Shown here one piece after another: positions 47,516-56,787 of a stretch of DNA of 64,000 nt. The DNA is from Flavobacteriales bacterium (GTDB taxonomy: Bacteria; Bacteroidota; Bacteroidia; Flavobacteriales; UBA7312), in NCBI GenBank assembly GCA_965277895.1, contig CBDIDR010000001.1, positions 448,074 to 512,073 on the forward strand. The letters are read 5' to 3'. The position numbers were made by a program, and so were the translations under genes. Under the pieces are notes generated by a model. It did not search any database. It worked only from the letters and a program-made list of their open reading frames with translations, and had not been told where the DNA came from. Position 1 is the first letter of the stretch; each line of letters opens with the position of its first letter.

Positions 47516-48706
47516 ATGAGTAAAAAGTTAACTCACGAATTTAAAGAAGAAAAAGCTGTTTTGGTGGGTTTAATCACCAATGACCAAAACGCTGAACAGG
47601 CTAAAGAATACTTAGAAGAACTGGATTTTTTAGCTCATACAGCAGGAGCGGTAGCAGTCAAACATTTTACTCAAAAATTACCTTTTGCTAATCCTAAAAC
47701 CTTCATTGGAAAAGGAAAACTTTTAGAGGTTAAAGCCTTTATGAAGGAACATGAAATTGCTCTTGTTATTTTTGATGATGAGCTAGGTCCTTCTCAATTG
47801 CGAAACTTAGAAAAAGAGTTGGAATGCAAAATTATGGATAGGAGTAATCTGATACTTGATATTTTTGCTTCTAGAGCTCGTACAGCCCATTCTCGCACAC
47901 AAGTTGAGTTGGCTCAGTACCAATATCTTTTGCCACGTTTAACGCGTATGTGGACACACCTTGAAAGGCAAAAAGGGGGTATAGGAATGCGTGGCCCTGG
48001 TGAAACACAGATTGAAACCGATAGACGAATTATCCAACAAAAAATAGCATTACTCAAAACCAAATTAGTTCAAATAGATAAGCAAAAAGCTATTCAAAGA
48101 GGTAATCGTGGTGCATTAGTGCGTGTAGCTTTGGTAGGCTATACTAATGTTGGGAAATCGACCATTATGAATCGCTTATCCAAGTCGGATGTATTTGCTG
48201 AAAATAAGCTTTTTGCGACCTTAGATACTACCGTTCGTAAAGTAGTAATTGGTAATTTACCCTTTCTTTTATCTGATACTGTTGGTTTCATTAGAAAGCT
48301 GCCACATCAGTTAGTAGAGAGTTTTAAATCTACTCTTGACGAAGTTCGTGAGGCCGATATTCTTTTGCACGTGGTAGACATTTCTCATCCTAATTTTGAA
48401 GAGCAAATAGATATTGTAAACAAAACTTTGGATGAAATCAATGCTTCAGAAAAGCCAACGGTTATGGTATTCAATAAGGTTGATGCCTTTACGTATGAAA
48501 AAAAGGAGGAGGATGATTTAACTCCTTCTACTAAAGCTAATATTTCTCTTGATGAATGGAAAAAAACGTGGATGGCAAAGTCAGGAGATAGTGTATTTAT
48601 ATCGGCTCTTCAGAAAGAAAACTTTGATGGATTTAGAGATTTGCTATATGAAATGGCTAAAGAAATTCACGCTAAGCGATTTCCTTACAACAGTTTTTTG
48701 TACTAG
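47516..48706 (+). CDS. hflX: GTPase HflX
   Basis: 396 aa. HflX N-terminal domain (RARTAHSRTQVELAQYQYLLPRL...GPGETQIETDRR) and a G domain (GYTNVGKST, DTVGF, NKVD). Confidence 0.95.
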   Translation: MSKKLTHEFKEEKAVLVGLITNDQNAEQAKEYLEELDFLAHTAGAVAVKHFTQKLPFANPKTFIGKGKLLEVKAFMKEHEIALVIFDDELGPSQLRNLEKELECKIMDRSNLILDIFASRARTAHSRTQVELAQYQYLLPRLTRMWTHLERQKGGIGMRGPGETQIETDRRIIQQKIALLKTKLVQIDKQKAIQRGNRGALVRVALVGYTNVGKSTIMNRLSKSDVFAENKLFATLDTTVRKVVIGNLPFLLSDTVGFIRKLPHQLVESFKSTLDEVREADILLHVVDISHPNFEEQIDIVNKTLDEINASEKPTVMVFNKVDAFTYEKKEEDDLTPSTKANISLDEWKKTWMAKSGDSVFISALQKENFDGFRDLLYEMAKEIHAKRFPYNSFLY

Positions 48707-49038
48707 ATTTTCAGCTTCTTCGGTAATTTTCCCCATACTAAATTATAGGAATGTTCAATCCATTCACATACTTGACTTAAAGTAAGTTGGTCAATAATAA
48801 CGGTGTTCCAATGTTTTTTATTCGAATGATAGCCAGGAATTACTTGCCAATATTCTTCTCTTAATTCTATTGCTTTTTCGGGGTCACACTTTAGGTTTAT
48901 TCTTAAAGGGTCTTTTTCTAAAGAAAACAAAGCGAACATTTTATTGTGAACTTTGAAAACCAAAGTGCTTTCATCAAATGGAAAACTTTCACTGACAAAT
49001 TTTTTGGATAAACAATACTCCCTAAGCTCTTCAATCAT
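48703..49038 (-). CDS. MmcQ/YjbR-family protein
   Basis: 111 aa. Pattern FPFDE..LVFKV..KMFA......P..INLKCDPE.A..LRE......PGYH.NKKHWNT. Confidence 0.7.
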   Translation of the reverse strand: MIEELREYCLSKKFVSESFPFDESTLVFKVHNKMFALFSLEKDPLRINLKCDPEKAIELREEYWQVIPGYHSNKKHWNTVIIDQLTLSQVCEWIEHSYNLVWGKLPKKLKI

Positions 49039-49778
49039 AATATTGAATATAAAGTTGGGCGGCTCGGACTAGCATCGTTGTCAAAAGGAGCAAAAGTGAG
49101 GTTAAGCAAGTAGTTACCGTCCTTTATTTCTGATGGCACATAAATAAGTTCGGTAATGCTACAGTCGAATCGTGTGTTTTTTGGAAAGTCCCAAAAAGCA
49201 TGATGAGCAGCTAACACTCCTCCATCTTCTTCTTTGTCAACAGACGGCAAATCAATAAGTAAGTGTTTTATGCCTTTTTCTCTCAAAAAATTAGCAGCTT
49301 CTTCTTGTAGAAATGGGGGGTTTGTATTGGAGTAGTGTTTGTTGAGTTTGTCTGCCGAATTAGGTAATGTCCTGATGATTATTGCTTCACATTCTTCATC
49401 AAACTTTTCTTCGATAGACTCTTTTGTAATTATACTGTCTCCTTCCAAAACTATTGGTTCAACGCTTATTAATTGTGATAGAAAAAAGAACGTTTTAACA
49501 TTATCGTTGATAGACTCCTTGTCTTTTGAAATATGCCCAACGCACTCTGTATGTGTACCATGTCCGTGAGGGTTAAAATAAATATTAAAAAAGTTGACGG
49601 AGCCGCCTCTTTTCACTTCTCCTACCCAGTCGCCCATTTCTACGGCTTCCATTTTAACTGGTGGCACATACCATGCGCTTGGGTTATCGGTTCCGTTTTT
49701 AAGAGGGATGGAAATATCAATGGGTTTTGATAAATCAACTTTGAATTCTTTGTTTTTGTGGGTAATGTGAGCAATCAT
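49035..49778 (-). CDS. Cyclase-family protein (kynurenine-formamidase-like fold)
   Basis: 247 aa. Metal motif HGHGTHTECVGH resembles the HxGTHxDxPxH block of the cyclase family. 4-nt overlap with the downstream MmcQ-like gene. Confidence 0.7.
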   Translation of the reverse strand: MIAHITHKNKEFKVDLSKPIDISIPLKNGTDNPSAWYVPPVKMEAVEMGDWVGEVKRGGSVNFFNIYFNPHGHGTHTECVGHISKDKESINDNVKTFFFLSQLISVEPIVLEGDSIITKESIEEKFDEECEAIIIRTLPNSADKLNKHYSNTNPPFLQEEAANFLREKGIKHLLIDLPSVDKEEDGGVLAAHHAFWDFPKNTRFDCSITELIYVPSEIKDGNYLLNLTFAPFDNDASPSRPTLYSIL

Positions 49779-49866
49779 GCTCTAAAAGTATTTAATTTCT
49801 TTGAAAATAAACCAAATTTTGTGTCTATTAAATAAAATCAATTCTTTAAGTCTTCATTTTTCGTCT

Positions 49867-49921
49867 AAAACGTCAAAAATTGATTAAAAATCATTAAAAA
49901 CCGTCAAAAAACAACAAAAAA
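49867..49921. repeat. Phased A-tract block 1 (six A4-6 tracts, 8-11 bp spacing)
   Basis: A-tracts start at 49867, 49875, 49886, 49896, 49906 and 49916 on the + strand. Confidence 0.85.
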
Positions 49922-49986
49922 TCATTGATTTTTGATTAAAAAAGAGTGGAAAATAGTGAATTATTTTTAGCTGATAGTTTTTCGTG

Positions 49987-50052
49987 AAAAATGCTTAAAA
50001 ATGAATAAAAACGACTAAAAAAGGTCAAAAAATTGATAAAAATGATTGAAAA
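49987..50052. repeat. Phased A-tract block 2 (seven A4-6 tracts, 10-11 bp spacing)
   Basis: A-tracts start at 49987, 49997, 50007, 50017, 50027, 50038 and 50049 on the + strand. Confidence 0.85.
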
Positions 50053-50078
50053 TGCTGTTTTTTCGATTATTTAAGGAA

Positions 50079-51209
50079 TTATTCTGTATAAAATAAGTCC
50101 GATGACAGCCAATCTGCTATTAATTTACCTTTTTTTGATAAAGTATATATCTCTTCATTTTTGATGATTTCGCCAGAAAAAAGCCATTTTTTTGTTGAAA
50201 AATGGAAAAAATCGACCAAAAATGGCGAAAAACGTGATTTTATATAATTGAAATTTGCTCCATTTTTTGTTCTCAAGGCAGTAAGTATATACTCATTGTA
50301 GCGTTGAACTTCAGATAATTCTTCAAACTCTAAAGGTAATTTTTGTTTTTGTAGACTTTTAATATACTTCACATTATTAGATACATTCCACAGTCTGCGA
50401 TTACCATCAAAAGAATGTGCCGATGGCCCAAGCCCCAAGTAAATATCATCAGTCCAGTAACTACCATTGTGTTTTGCCTCAAATCCTTTTTTAGCAAAAT
50501 TTGATATTTCGTACTGCTCTAATCCATTTTTAGGTATGAACTCCATTAACATCTCAAATTGTATTTTACTTTTTAGCTCATCTAATGGTGTTTGCTCTCC
50601 TGTTTTAATAGCATGATGCAGTGGTGTTTTTTCTTCGACCGTCAGTCCATAGGCTGATAGATGCGGAACATTAAAGTCAATGACGTGTTGCATATTCTCG
50701 GCCCACATGTCATTATTTAGGGTTGGAGTTCCATAAATTAAATCTATTGTAATGTTTTCCCAGCCTGCATCTTGCACATTTTTAATACTAGCCTTGGCTT
50801 GATCTACATTATGGGCTCTGTTCATGTATTCTAAATCCGGTTTATGAAAAGATTGGACACCAATGCTAAATCTATTTATTGGCGTTTTAGATATGTCTTT
50901 TATTTTTTCTAAAGTCAAATCATCGGGATTTGCTTCAATAGTAATTTCACTTACCTCAGAGAGGTCAAATTGATTACTTAAATGGTCAAACAATTTATTT
51001 AGTTCATCAGAAGAAAGGATGCTAGGTGTTCCGCCTCCAAAATAAATAGTCCGTATCTTTGTACCGTCCAAAAAAGGAGTTCTTATTTTCATTTCAGACA
51101 CTAGAGCATCCAACAGCTCGTTCTTATTGTTTAAGGAAGTCGAAAAATGAAAATCGCAATAATGACATTGCTGCTTACAAAACGGAATATGAATATAGAT
51201 ACCACTCAC
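50079..51209 (-). CDS. hemW: Radical-SAM heme chaperone HemW (HemN-like, coproporphyrinogen oxidase family)
   Basis: 376 aa. GIYIHIPFCKQQCHYCDF cluster motif, and length and layout of HemW rather than HemN. Confidence 0.85.
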   Translation of the reverse strand: MSGIYIHIPFCKQQCHYCDFHFSTSLNNKNELLDALVSEMKIRTPFLDGTKIRTIYFGGGTPSILSSDELNKLFDHLSNQFDLSEVSEITIEANPDDLTLEKIKDISKTPINRFSIGVQSFHKPDLEYMNRAHNVDQAKASIKNVQDAGWENITIDLIYGTPTLNNDMWAENMQHVIDFNVPHLSAYGLTVEEKTPLHHAIKTGEQTPLDELKSKIQFEMLMEFIPKNGLEQYEISNFAKKGFEAKHNGSYWTDDIYLGLGPSAHSFDGNRRLWNVSNNVKYIKSLQKQKLPLEFEELSEVQRYNEYILTALRTKNGANFNYIKSRFSPFLVDFFHFSTKKWLFSGEIIKNEEIYTLSKKGKLIADWLSSDLFYTE

Positions 51210-51263
51210 CCCGCAAAAGTAAATAAGAAATTTGGCAATAGAGCAACGAAATCATTTTCTCTA

Positions 51264-52181
51264 ATGCTGTATTTTTGCATTGCATTACCATTATTAATTT
51301 CGTGTCAAACTAAAACTAATTCAACAAAACCTATGGATCACAATTATTTTGAAAATCTAACACCAGAAGAAAGAAGAGTCATAGTTGATAAAGGCACGGA
51401 AGCTCCATTTACTGGTGAATACGATAATTTTTATGAAGCAGGCATTTTCGTTTGCCGTGCTTGTGGAAATCATTTATATGATTCTTCATCCAAGTTTGAT
51501 GCGGGTTGTGGTTGGCCTGCTTTTGATAAAGTTAAGGAAGGTGCTATAAATAAATACTCTGATTTTCATTTAGGATATGAACGTACAGAAATTACTTGTG
51601 CAAAATGTGACGGTCATCTTGGTCATGTATTTGTTGGAGAGAAACTGACACCTGAAAACACACGTCATTGTGTCAACAGTATCAGCATCCGATTTATAGC
51701 TAATGACTCTCTCAAAAAGGCCACTTTTGCAGCAGGTTGTTTTTGGGGTGTAGAAGAATTGTATAGATCACTAAAAGGGGTTTATTCAACTGACGTTGGT
51801 TATATTGGCGGTGATACTAAAAACCCTACATACAAAGAAGTGTGTTATGAAAACACTAATCACGCTGAAGCGGTTGAAGTTCTTTACGACCCTAAGCAAG
51901 TGTCATTTGAGGAGTTAATTAATATTTTTTGGGAAAATCATAACCCAACGACTTTAAACAGACAAGGGCCTGATGTGGGAACCCAATACCGTTCTGCGGT
52001 ATTTTATCACGATGATGAGCAAAAAGATATTGCCATTAAAACGATGAAAGCTTTGGATGATTCGGATAAGTTTAAAAATCCTGTAGTGACTCAAATTGTT
52101 CCTTCCGAAATATTTTATAGAGCCGAAGAGTACCATCAAGAGTATCTCTTCAAGCGTGGGAAAGGCAGTTGTAGCAATTAA
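51264..52181 (+). CDS. Bifunctional methionine sulfoxide reductase MsrB-MsrA with lipoprotein-type signal
   Basis: MsrB half with zinc CxxC pairs (CRACGN, CAKCDG) and RHCVNS. MsrA half with GCFWGVE. Start placed at ATG 51264 (MLYFCIALPLLIS|CQ). The track start at 51147 would overlap the hemW 5' end by 63 nt. ATG at codon MDHNYF is the cytoplasmic alternative. Confidence 0.85.
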   Translation: MLYFCIALPLLISCQTKTNSTKPMDHNYFENLTPEERRVIVDKGTEAPFTGEYDNFYEAGIFVCRACGNHLYDSSSKFDAGCGWPAFDKVKEGAINKYSDFHLGYERTEITCAKCDGHLGHVFVGEKLTPENTRHCVNSISIRFIANDSLKKATFAAGCFWGVEELYRSLKGVYSTDVGYIGGDTKNPTYKEVCYENTNHAEAVEVLYDPKQVSFEELINIFWENHNPTTLNRQGPDVGTQYRSAVFYHDDEQKDIAIKTMKALDDSDKFKNPVVTQIVPSEIFYRAEEYHQEYLFKRGKGSCSN

Positions 52182-53344
52182 TTTCTGTGGAGGGATATAC
52201 AAAAGACCGTTCCCTCTGGACTGGATGATTTCACAAATAGTTTTCCTAAGTGATATTCTTCTATTATTCGTTTAGACAGCGACAACCCTAAGCCCCATCC
52301 TCTTTTTTTAGTGGTAAAACCTGGCTCGAAAATACGTTTGAAATTATTTTTTGAAAGCCCTTTGCCATTGTCTTTGATTTCGATAGTTAAAAATTCTGCT
52401 TTTGATTGAATGGTAATTGTGATTTTACCTTTTCCATTCATGGCATCAGCCGCATTTTTGCAAATGTTTTCAATTACCCATTCAAACAGTGTAGCATTAA
52501 TAGGGGCATTAGCGTCATTACATTGATTATCTAGAGTAATATTGACGTTTGATGAAAGTCTATTCTGCAAATAACTCACGGAGCTTGATAAAATATCGTA
52601 GATATTTTGATTATCTAAGTTTGGTTTTGATCCAACTTTAGAGAAGCGTTCAGTAATCGTTTCTAAGCGGACGACATCCTTATTTATTTCCTCACTTATT
52701 TCAGACATGCCCTCCTTGTTTTTTAATATTTCAACCCAAGCCATTAGCGAGGAAAGAGGAGTGCCTATTTGGTGAGCAGTTTCTTTTGCCATTCCTGCCC
52801 AGACTAAATTTTGTTCTGATTTTCGGGAACGGTTAAATGCTAAATATGCAATTAATATGAAAAAGAAGATGACTACCAGTTGAAGGAAAGGGTAAAAACG
52901 AAGCTGAGAAAGTATATATGAATCTTTGTAATAAAGGTACTGAGTCAGAATAACTTCCCCATTCATAGTTGCCTCTATTTTAATTGGTTCATGTTGTTCG
53001 CTCATTATCTCTAACTGCTTTTTGAGATACGCATCACGAAATTTCCTATCAGGTAGATTTCTATCACCTATTATTTCACCAACTTCATTAGTAAGAATAA
53101 TAGGAATAGTAGTATTTTCTTGCATTATCCTACTTGCCAGGATATTATTTGTTGGGCCCATACCTGAGTTTACTAACTGATAGGTAGCTTCTGCCCAAAG
53201 CTCTATTTTCTTACGTTCTTCTTTATCTAGCTCACTAACTAAATTATTGGTATAGCTTAAAGAAACTAGAGCTATAATACTTGCAAAGATTACAAGAAGA
53301 ATTTTCCAATTCTTTCTCTTACTATATATGTTTATTCCTCCCAT
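52178..53344 (-). CDS. Membrane sensor histidine kinase
   Basis: 388 aa. Two TM helices flank a ~120-aa outward loop. H-box ETAHQIGTPLSSL. HATPase_c N/G boxes (ENICKNAADAM, DNGKGL, GWGLGLSL). Confidence 0.85.
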   Translation of the reverse strand: MGGINIYSKRKNWKILLVIFASIIALVSLSYTNNLVSELDKEERKKIELWAEATYQLVNSGMGPTNNILASRIMQENTTIPIILTNEVGEIIGDRNLPDRKFRDAYLKKQLEIMSEQHEPIKIEATMNGEVILTQYLYYKDSYILSQLRFYPFLQLVVIFFFILIAYLAFNRSRKSEQNLVWAGMAKETAHQIGTPLSSLMAWVEILKNKEGMSEISEEINKDVVRLETITERFSKVGSKPNLDNQNIYDILSSSVSYLQNRLSSNVNITLDNQCNDANAPINATLFEWVIENICKNAADAMNGKGKITITIQSKAEFLTIEIKDNGKGLSKNNFKRIFEPGFTTKKRGWGLGLSLSKRIIEEYHLGKLFVKSSSPEGTVFCISLHRN

Positions 53345-55818
53345 TCAATGATACTGTCGTAGTCAGGCTGGTCTTCAATTTGCTGTTCCGATGGTTTGTC
53401 GCCAAACTCACTTTTTACAACATCTTTTAACTTTTTCTTTTCTTTTTTGAAGCCCTTGTCAAGTGATTCTCTCAGTTTTAGTGTATTGTACGAAATATCT
53501 GGGTTGTCAACAGAGCCTTTCATTTTTAGAAAGAGAGTCATACCTTTAATTCCATCATCTTCTACTACACCAAATTCTGAAACTTTCTTTTTGTGTTTTC
53601 TTTTGAATTTATTACCTAAAATTTCGTTCAACAAAATCTTAAATTCATAATCCATTTCATTGTCAAATGTATGACTTCCTGAGCCAGCCATATCTAATGC
53701 TGAGGAATAAATTTCCATAAATGGGATTTCAATTTTGTTGTTTTTTATCTCAATTTGGTTCTCTAAGTTAGAAAATTTTATTCGTTTTAGCTCATTTACA
53801 CTGATGTAGTCGGACATTTCCATGAGAGGTTCAAACTCTAATAGTTCACCGTTATTTATATTAACATCTATAAAAGAATACAAGTGCTCGTCAATAGGAT
53901 TAAAGTATTTATCCCACTCATTTCGCAAGTAAATCTCTGAGTCTATTTTACCTTTTAGGTGTTTATGCCTCATGGTGCTTTGCCCGAAATTATGAAACTC
54001 ATAAAACAACTGTCGTACATTAATGTTGTCTAGCAAAGTTGTACTAATTAGTCTCATCTTCCCATCCCTTAATTGCTCAAATGTTAGGTTAGAAGTGATT
54101 TTCCCTGACATAGTTTCAAGCTCAATATTATTGACGTTTAGTTTTTTGTTTTTATACTTAATATCGCTGTGAAAATTCCGCATATGAAAACGGTCGTAGG
54201 TGAAATCATCTAAGTTGAATTTCACATTTGCGATAATGTCGTCTGGTAGTTGAACGACTTTTACTTCGCTTGAGTTAGTTTCCGAAGTAGTATCGCTCTG
54301 CATTAATTCGTCAAATATCATCCACTTAGAGTTAAATTCACCGGCAATTTTTAAGGGTGAATTTTTTAAGAATAGGTAAGAGAATACATTTTCAATAGCA
54401 CCAATAAATTTGAACTTACTTTCTTTGGCGAGCGTACCTTCTAATTGTTCAATGTCTAAATGGTCATCAACAACTTTTAATTTTACATTTGAGTTAGAGA
54501 GTTTTGGACTCTGTTCGTCAATGGTAAGGCTTAAATTTTCAATAGATATGTCTGCGGACTTTTTAGCCATTGCAATATCGTAATCAATATTATTTTTTAG
54601 ACCAACATTTCCGTAGTAGGACACTTCGTAAGTGGCATTTCCGTCAATTGATTTTAGGTCTGATTTGTAGCCCCATTTTTCAAGTTCAGATAGATTGAGC
54701 TGAGAAGAGATATCAGTTTTAATTTTAGGGTTTTCTAGCCCGTTTATGGTGGCATTTGCTAAAATAGGCTCATTGTTGGCGATGAGCTGAATATCCTTCA
54801 AATCTATCTGAGTGGTTTCATCTGTTCTTTTAGCCCCATTGGTGTAATTCCCATTTAATGATAATTGTTCCAAATCAAATGGAATAACATCACTTTTCAC
54901 TGTTCCATTTTTCAGCGTAAAGTCAACATCAATTGCGGCTTCTTTTTGTTGGTCGGTTATAAATTTGAGTTTGAACGAGCTTTTTCCTGTAATATCGTAA
55001 TCTTCAAGTGCAGACAAATAATCTTTAGGGAGAATATCTAATGTAGAAACGATGTCAAGTTCTTTAGCTATTATATTAACGTTTAAAGTTTCCTTGGTTT
55101 GTTTTACCTCTAAATTAAAAGGAATATCTCTAAGGCTTAAGTCAGTGGTAATATTTATGCCAAATGAGTCAATTGACATTTCAGTATTTAAATTGATATT
55201 TTCATTTGGGAGATGATTGATATTGTTTAGTGATAATCTTTTATTTAATAGTTGAGCATCAATATCAATAAATGTATTGTTGTCTTCAATATTTAATTTC
55301 AGTAGGGTTTCTTTATTTACGAACTCACTTGCCAAGCCATTGTCTACATATTTTATTTTAATGTTGTTAAGTGCAACATTTTCTAGTCCGAAGTCTATGC
55401 TTTCTGACGCAGCAGTATCACTTTTAGTATTCCATATTTCATAGTTTGGAAGTCCATCTTTATAATAAATTGATACATACCCATTGGCTAGTGAAATTTC
55501 TTGAATAATATAAATTTTGTTGTAAAGATCTAGAGCGTTGAATTTTACATTTACCTCATCTATTTTACAAAGTGTATCTTCATGAAAAGCATCCAATATC
55601 ATGAGTTTGTCAAACTCAACACTTACGTAAGGGAAATTTTTGATGGCAGAAAATGAAATATCACCTGCCGAAATTTCAGATTTAAGCTGTTTGTTGATTT
55701 CTTCAATTACAATTTGTTCTAGATTATCTTGTTTCAGATAAATTAAAGTAGCAGATGCTCCGAAGACAAGAATGCCCAAGATTATAAGGGTCAGAATAAT
55801 TCGCTTTACAATTCGCAT
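53332..55818 (-). CDS. Large N-terminally anchored envelope protein, AsmA-like
   Basis: 828 aa. Single N-terminal TM anchor (IILTLIILGILVFGASATLIYL), then a long beta-rich N/K/D/I-rich body and a basic/acidic tail. The AsmA-like assignment is by overall architecture only. Confidence 0.5.
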   Translation of the reverse strand: MRIVKRIILTLIILGILVFGASATLIYLKQDNLEQIVIEEINKQLKSEISAGDISFSAIKNFPYVSVEFDKLMILDAFHEDTLCKIDEVNVKFNALDLYNKIYIIQEISLANGYVSIYYKDGLPNYEIWNTKSDTAASESIDFGLENVALNNIKIKYVDNGLASEFVNKETLLKLNIEDNNTFIDIDAQLLNKRLSLNNINHLPNENINLNTEMSIDSFGINITTDLSLRDIPFNLEVKQTKETLNVNIIAKELDIVSTLDILPKDYLSALEDYDITGKSSFKLKFITDQQKEAAIDVDFTLKNGTVKSDVIPFDLEQLSLNGNYTNGAKRTDETTQIDLKDIQLIANNEPILANATINGLENPKIKTDISSQLNLSELEKWGYKSDLKSIDGNATYEVSYYGNVGLKNNIDYDIAMAKKSADISIENLSLTIDEQSPKLSNSNVKLKVVDDHLDIEQLEGTLAKESKFKFIGAIENVFSYLFLKNSPLKIAGEFNSKWMIFDELMQSDTTSETNSSEVKVVQLPDDIIANVKFNLDDFTYDRFHMRNFHSDIKYKNKKLNVNNIELETMSGKITSNLTFEQLRDGKMRLISTTLLDNINVRQLFYEFHNFGQSTMRHKHLKGKIDSEIYLRNEWDKYFNPIDEHLYSFIDVNINNGELLEFEPLMEMSDYISVNELKRIKFSNLENQIEIKNNKIEIPFMEIYSSALDMAGSGSHTFDNEMDYEFKILLNEILGNKFKRKHKKKVSEFGVVEDDGIKGMTLFLKMKGSVDNPDISYNTLKLRESLDKGFKKEKKKLKDVVKSEFGDKPSEQQIEDQPDYDSIIEWEE

Positions 55819-55857
55819 AATTTTTTAACGGCTATATTTCAAAATTTAGTATTCGAT

Positions 55858-56751
55858 TTATATCATCTTTAGCATAGATATTTCTTTTTCTGATAAAAAC
55901 CTGTGGCGACCTCTAGCAATATCTTTTTTGGTTAGACCAGCAAAATAAACCCTGTCCAATTTAACAATTTTATAGCCAAGATTTTCAAAAACATTTTTTA
56001 GAGTACTATTTTTACCGATATGTATTTCTACTCCAACTTCTTTTTTTGGTGAGTTTTGAATGTATGAAATAGCCTCTATATCTACTTTATAACCGTCGAC
56101 CATAACGCCGTCAACGATTTTCTGCATATCCAATGACTTTAGGTTTTTATCTAAAGTCACATGAAAGATTTTCTTTACACGTTTTCTCGGATTAGTTAGC
56201 TTTTTAGAAAGCTCACCATCGTTGGTAAAGAGGAGTAGCCCTGATGTTTGTTTGTCGAGTCTGCCAACAGGATAAATACGCTCTTTACATGCTTTGTCGA
56301 TTAATTCAAACACATTTTTTTTCCTTGGATCATCGGTTAAGGTTAAAAAGTCTTTTGGCTTGTTGAGTAATAGGTATCGTTTCGTTTCCGAATTTATGGT
56401 TTCATTATTGAATTTTACGGAATCGGACTCTAAAACCCTAAAGCCCATTTCAATTATAATTTTACCATTCACTTCAACTAAGCCAGCTTTTATTAAATCA
56501 TCTGCTTCACGTCTTGAGCTTATGCCCGAATGTGCAATAAATTGATTTAGTCGCATACCCGCTTTTGTACTCTTAACGGCTTTTTTTGTTATTCTCTTTT
56601 TGAAAGACTTATTGAAAGGTTTTGGTCTTGATTTTTTGAAATCATTAGTGCGAGAAGAGGACTCAGACGAACTGTACTTTCCTTTTGAAGTATTAGGCTT
56701 TCTTCCTTTGTTCGCTGACCTATCAATACTTTTATTTATTCGCTTTGCCAT
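55858..56751 (-). CDS. rluB: 23S rRNA pseudouridine synthase, RsuA/RluB family, with K/S/R-rich N-terminal extension
   Basis: 297 aa. S4 domain (MRLNQFIAHSGISSRREADDLIKAG) and a catalytic block VGRLDKQTSGLLLFTNDG. Confidence 0.85.
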   Translation of the reverse strand: MAKRINKSIDRSANKGRKPNTSKGKYSSSESSSRTNDFKKSRPKPFNKSFKKRITKKAVKSTKAGMRLNQFIAHSGISSRREADDLIKAGLVEVNGKIIIEMGFRVLESDSVKFNNETINSETKRYLLLNKPKDFLTLTDDPRKKNVFELIDKACKERIYPVGRLDKQTSGLLLFTNDGELSKKLTNPRKRVKKIFHVTLDKNLKSLDMQKIVDGVMVDGYKVDIEAISYIQNSPKKEVGVEIHIGKNSTLKNVFENLGYKIVKLDRVYFAGLTKKDIARGRHRFLSEKEISMLKMI

Positions 56752-56787
56752 CTATCTCTTTTTTGCAAATGTACTAAATACACCTAT

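Noticed and set aside
49779-50078. CRISPR array or replication origin as explanations for the repetitive intergenic region
   Set aside because: The repeat unit is only ~10 bp with no spacer structure, so it is not CRISPR. I found only one 8-of-9 match to a DnaA box (TTTTCCACT on the minus strand near 49945..49953) and no dnaA/dnaN nearby, so an oriC call is unsupported.
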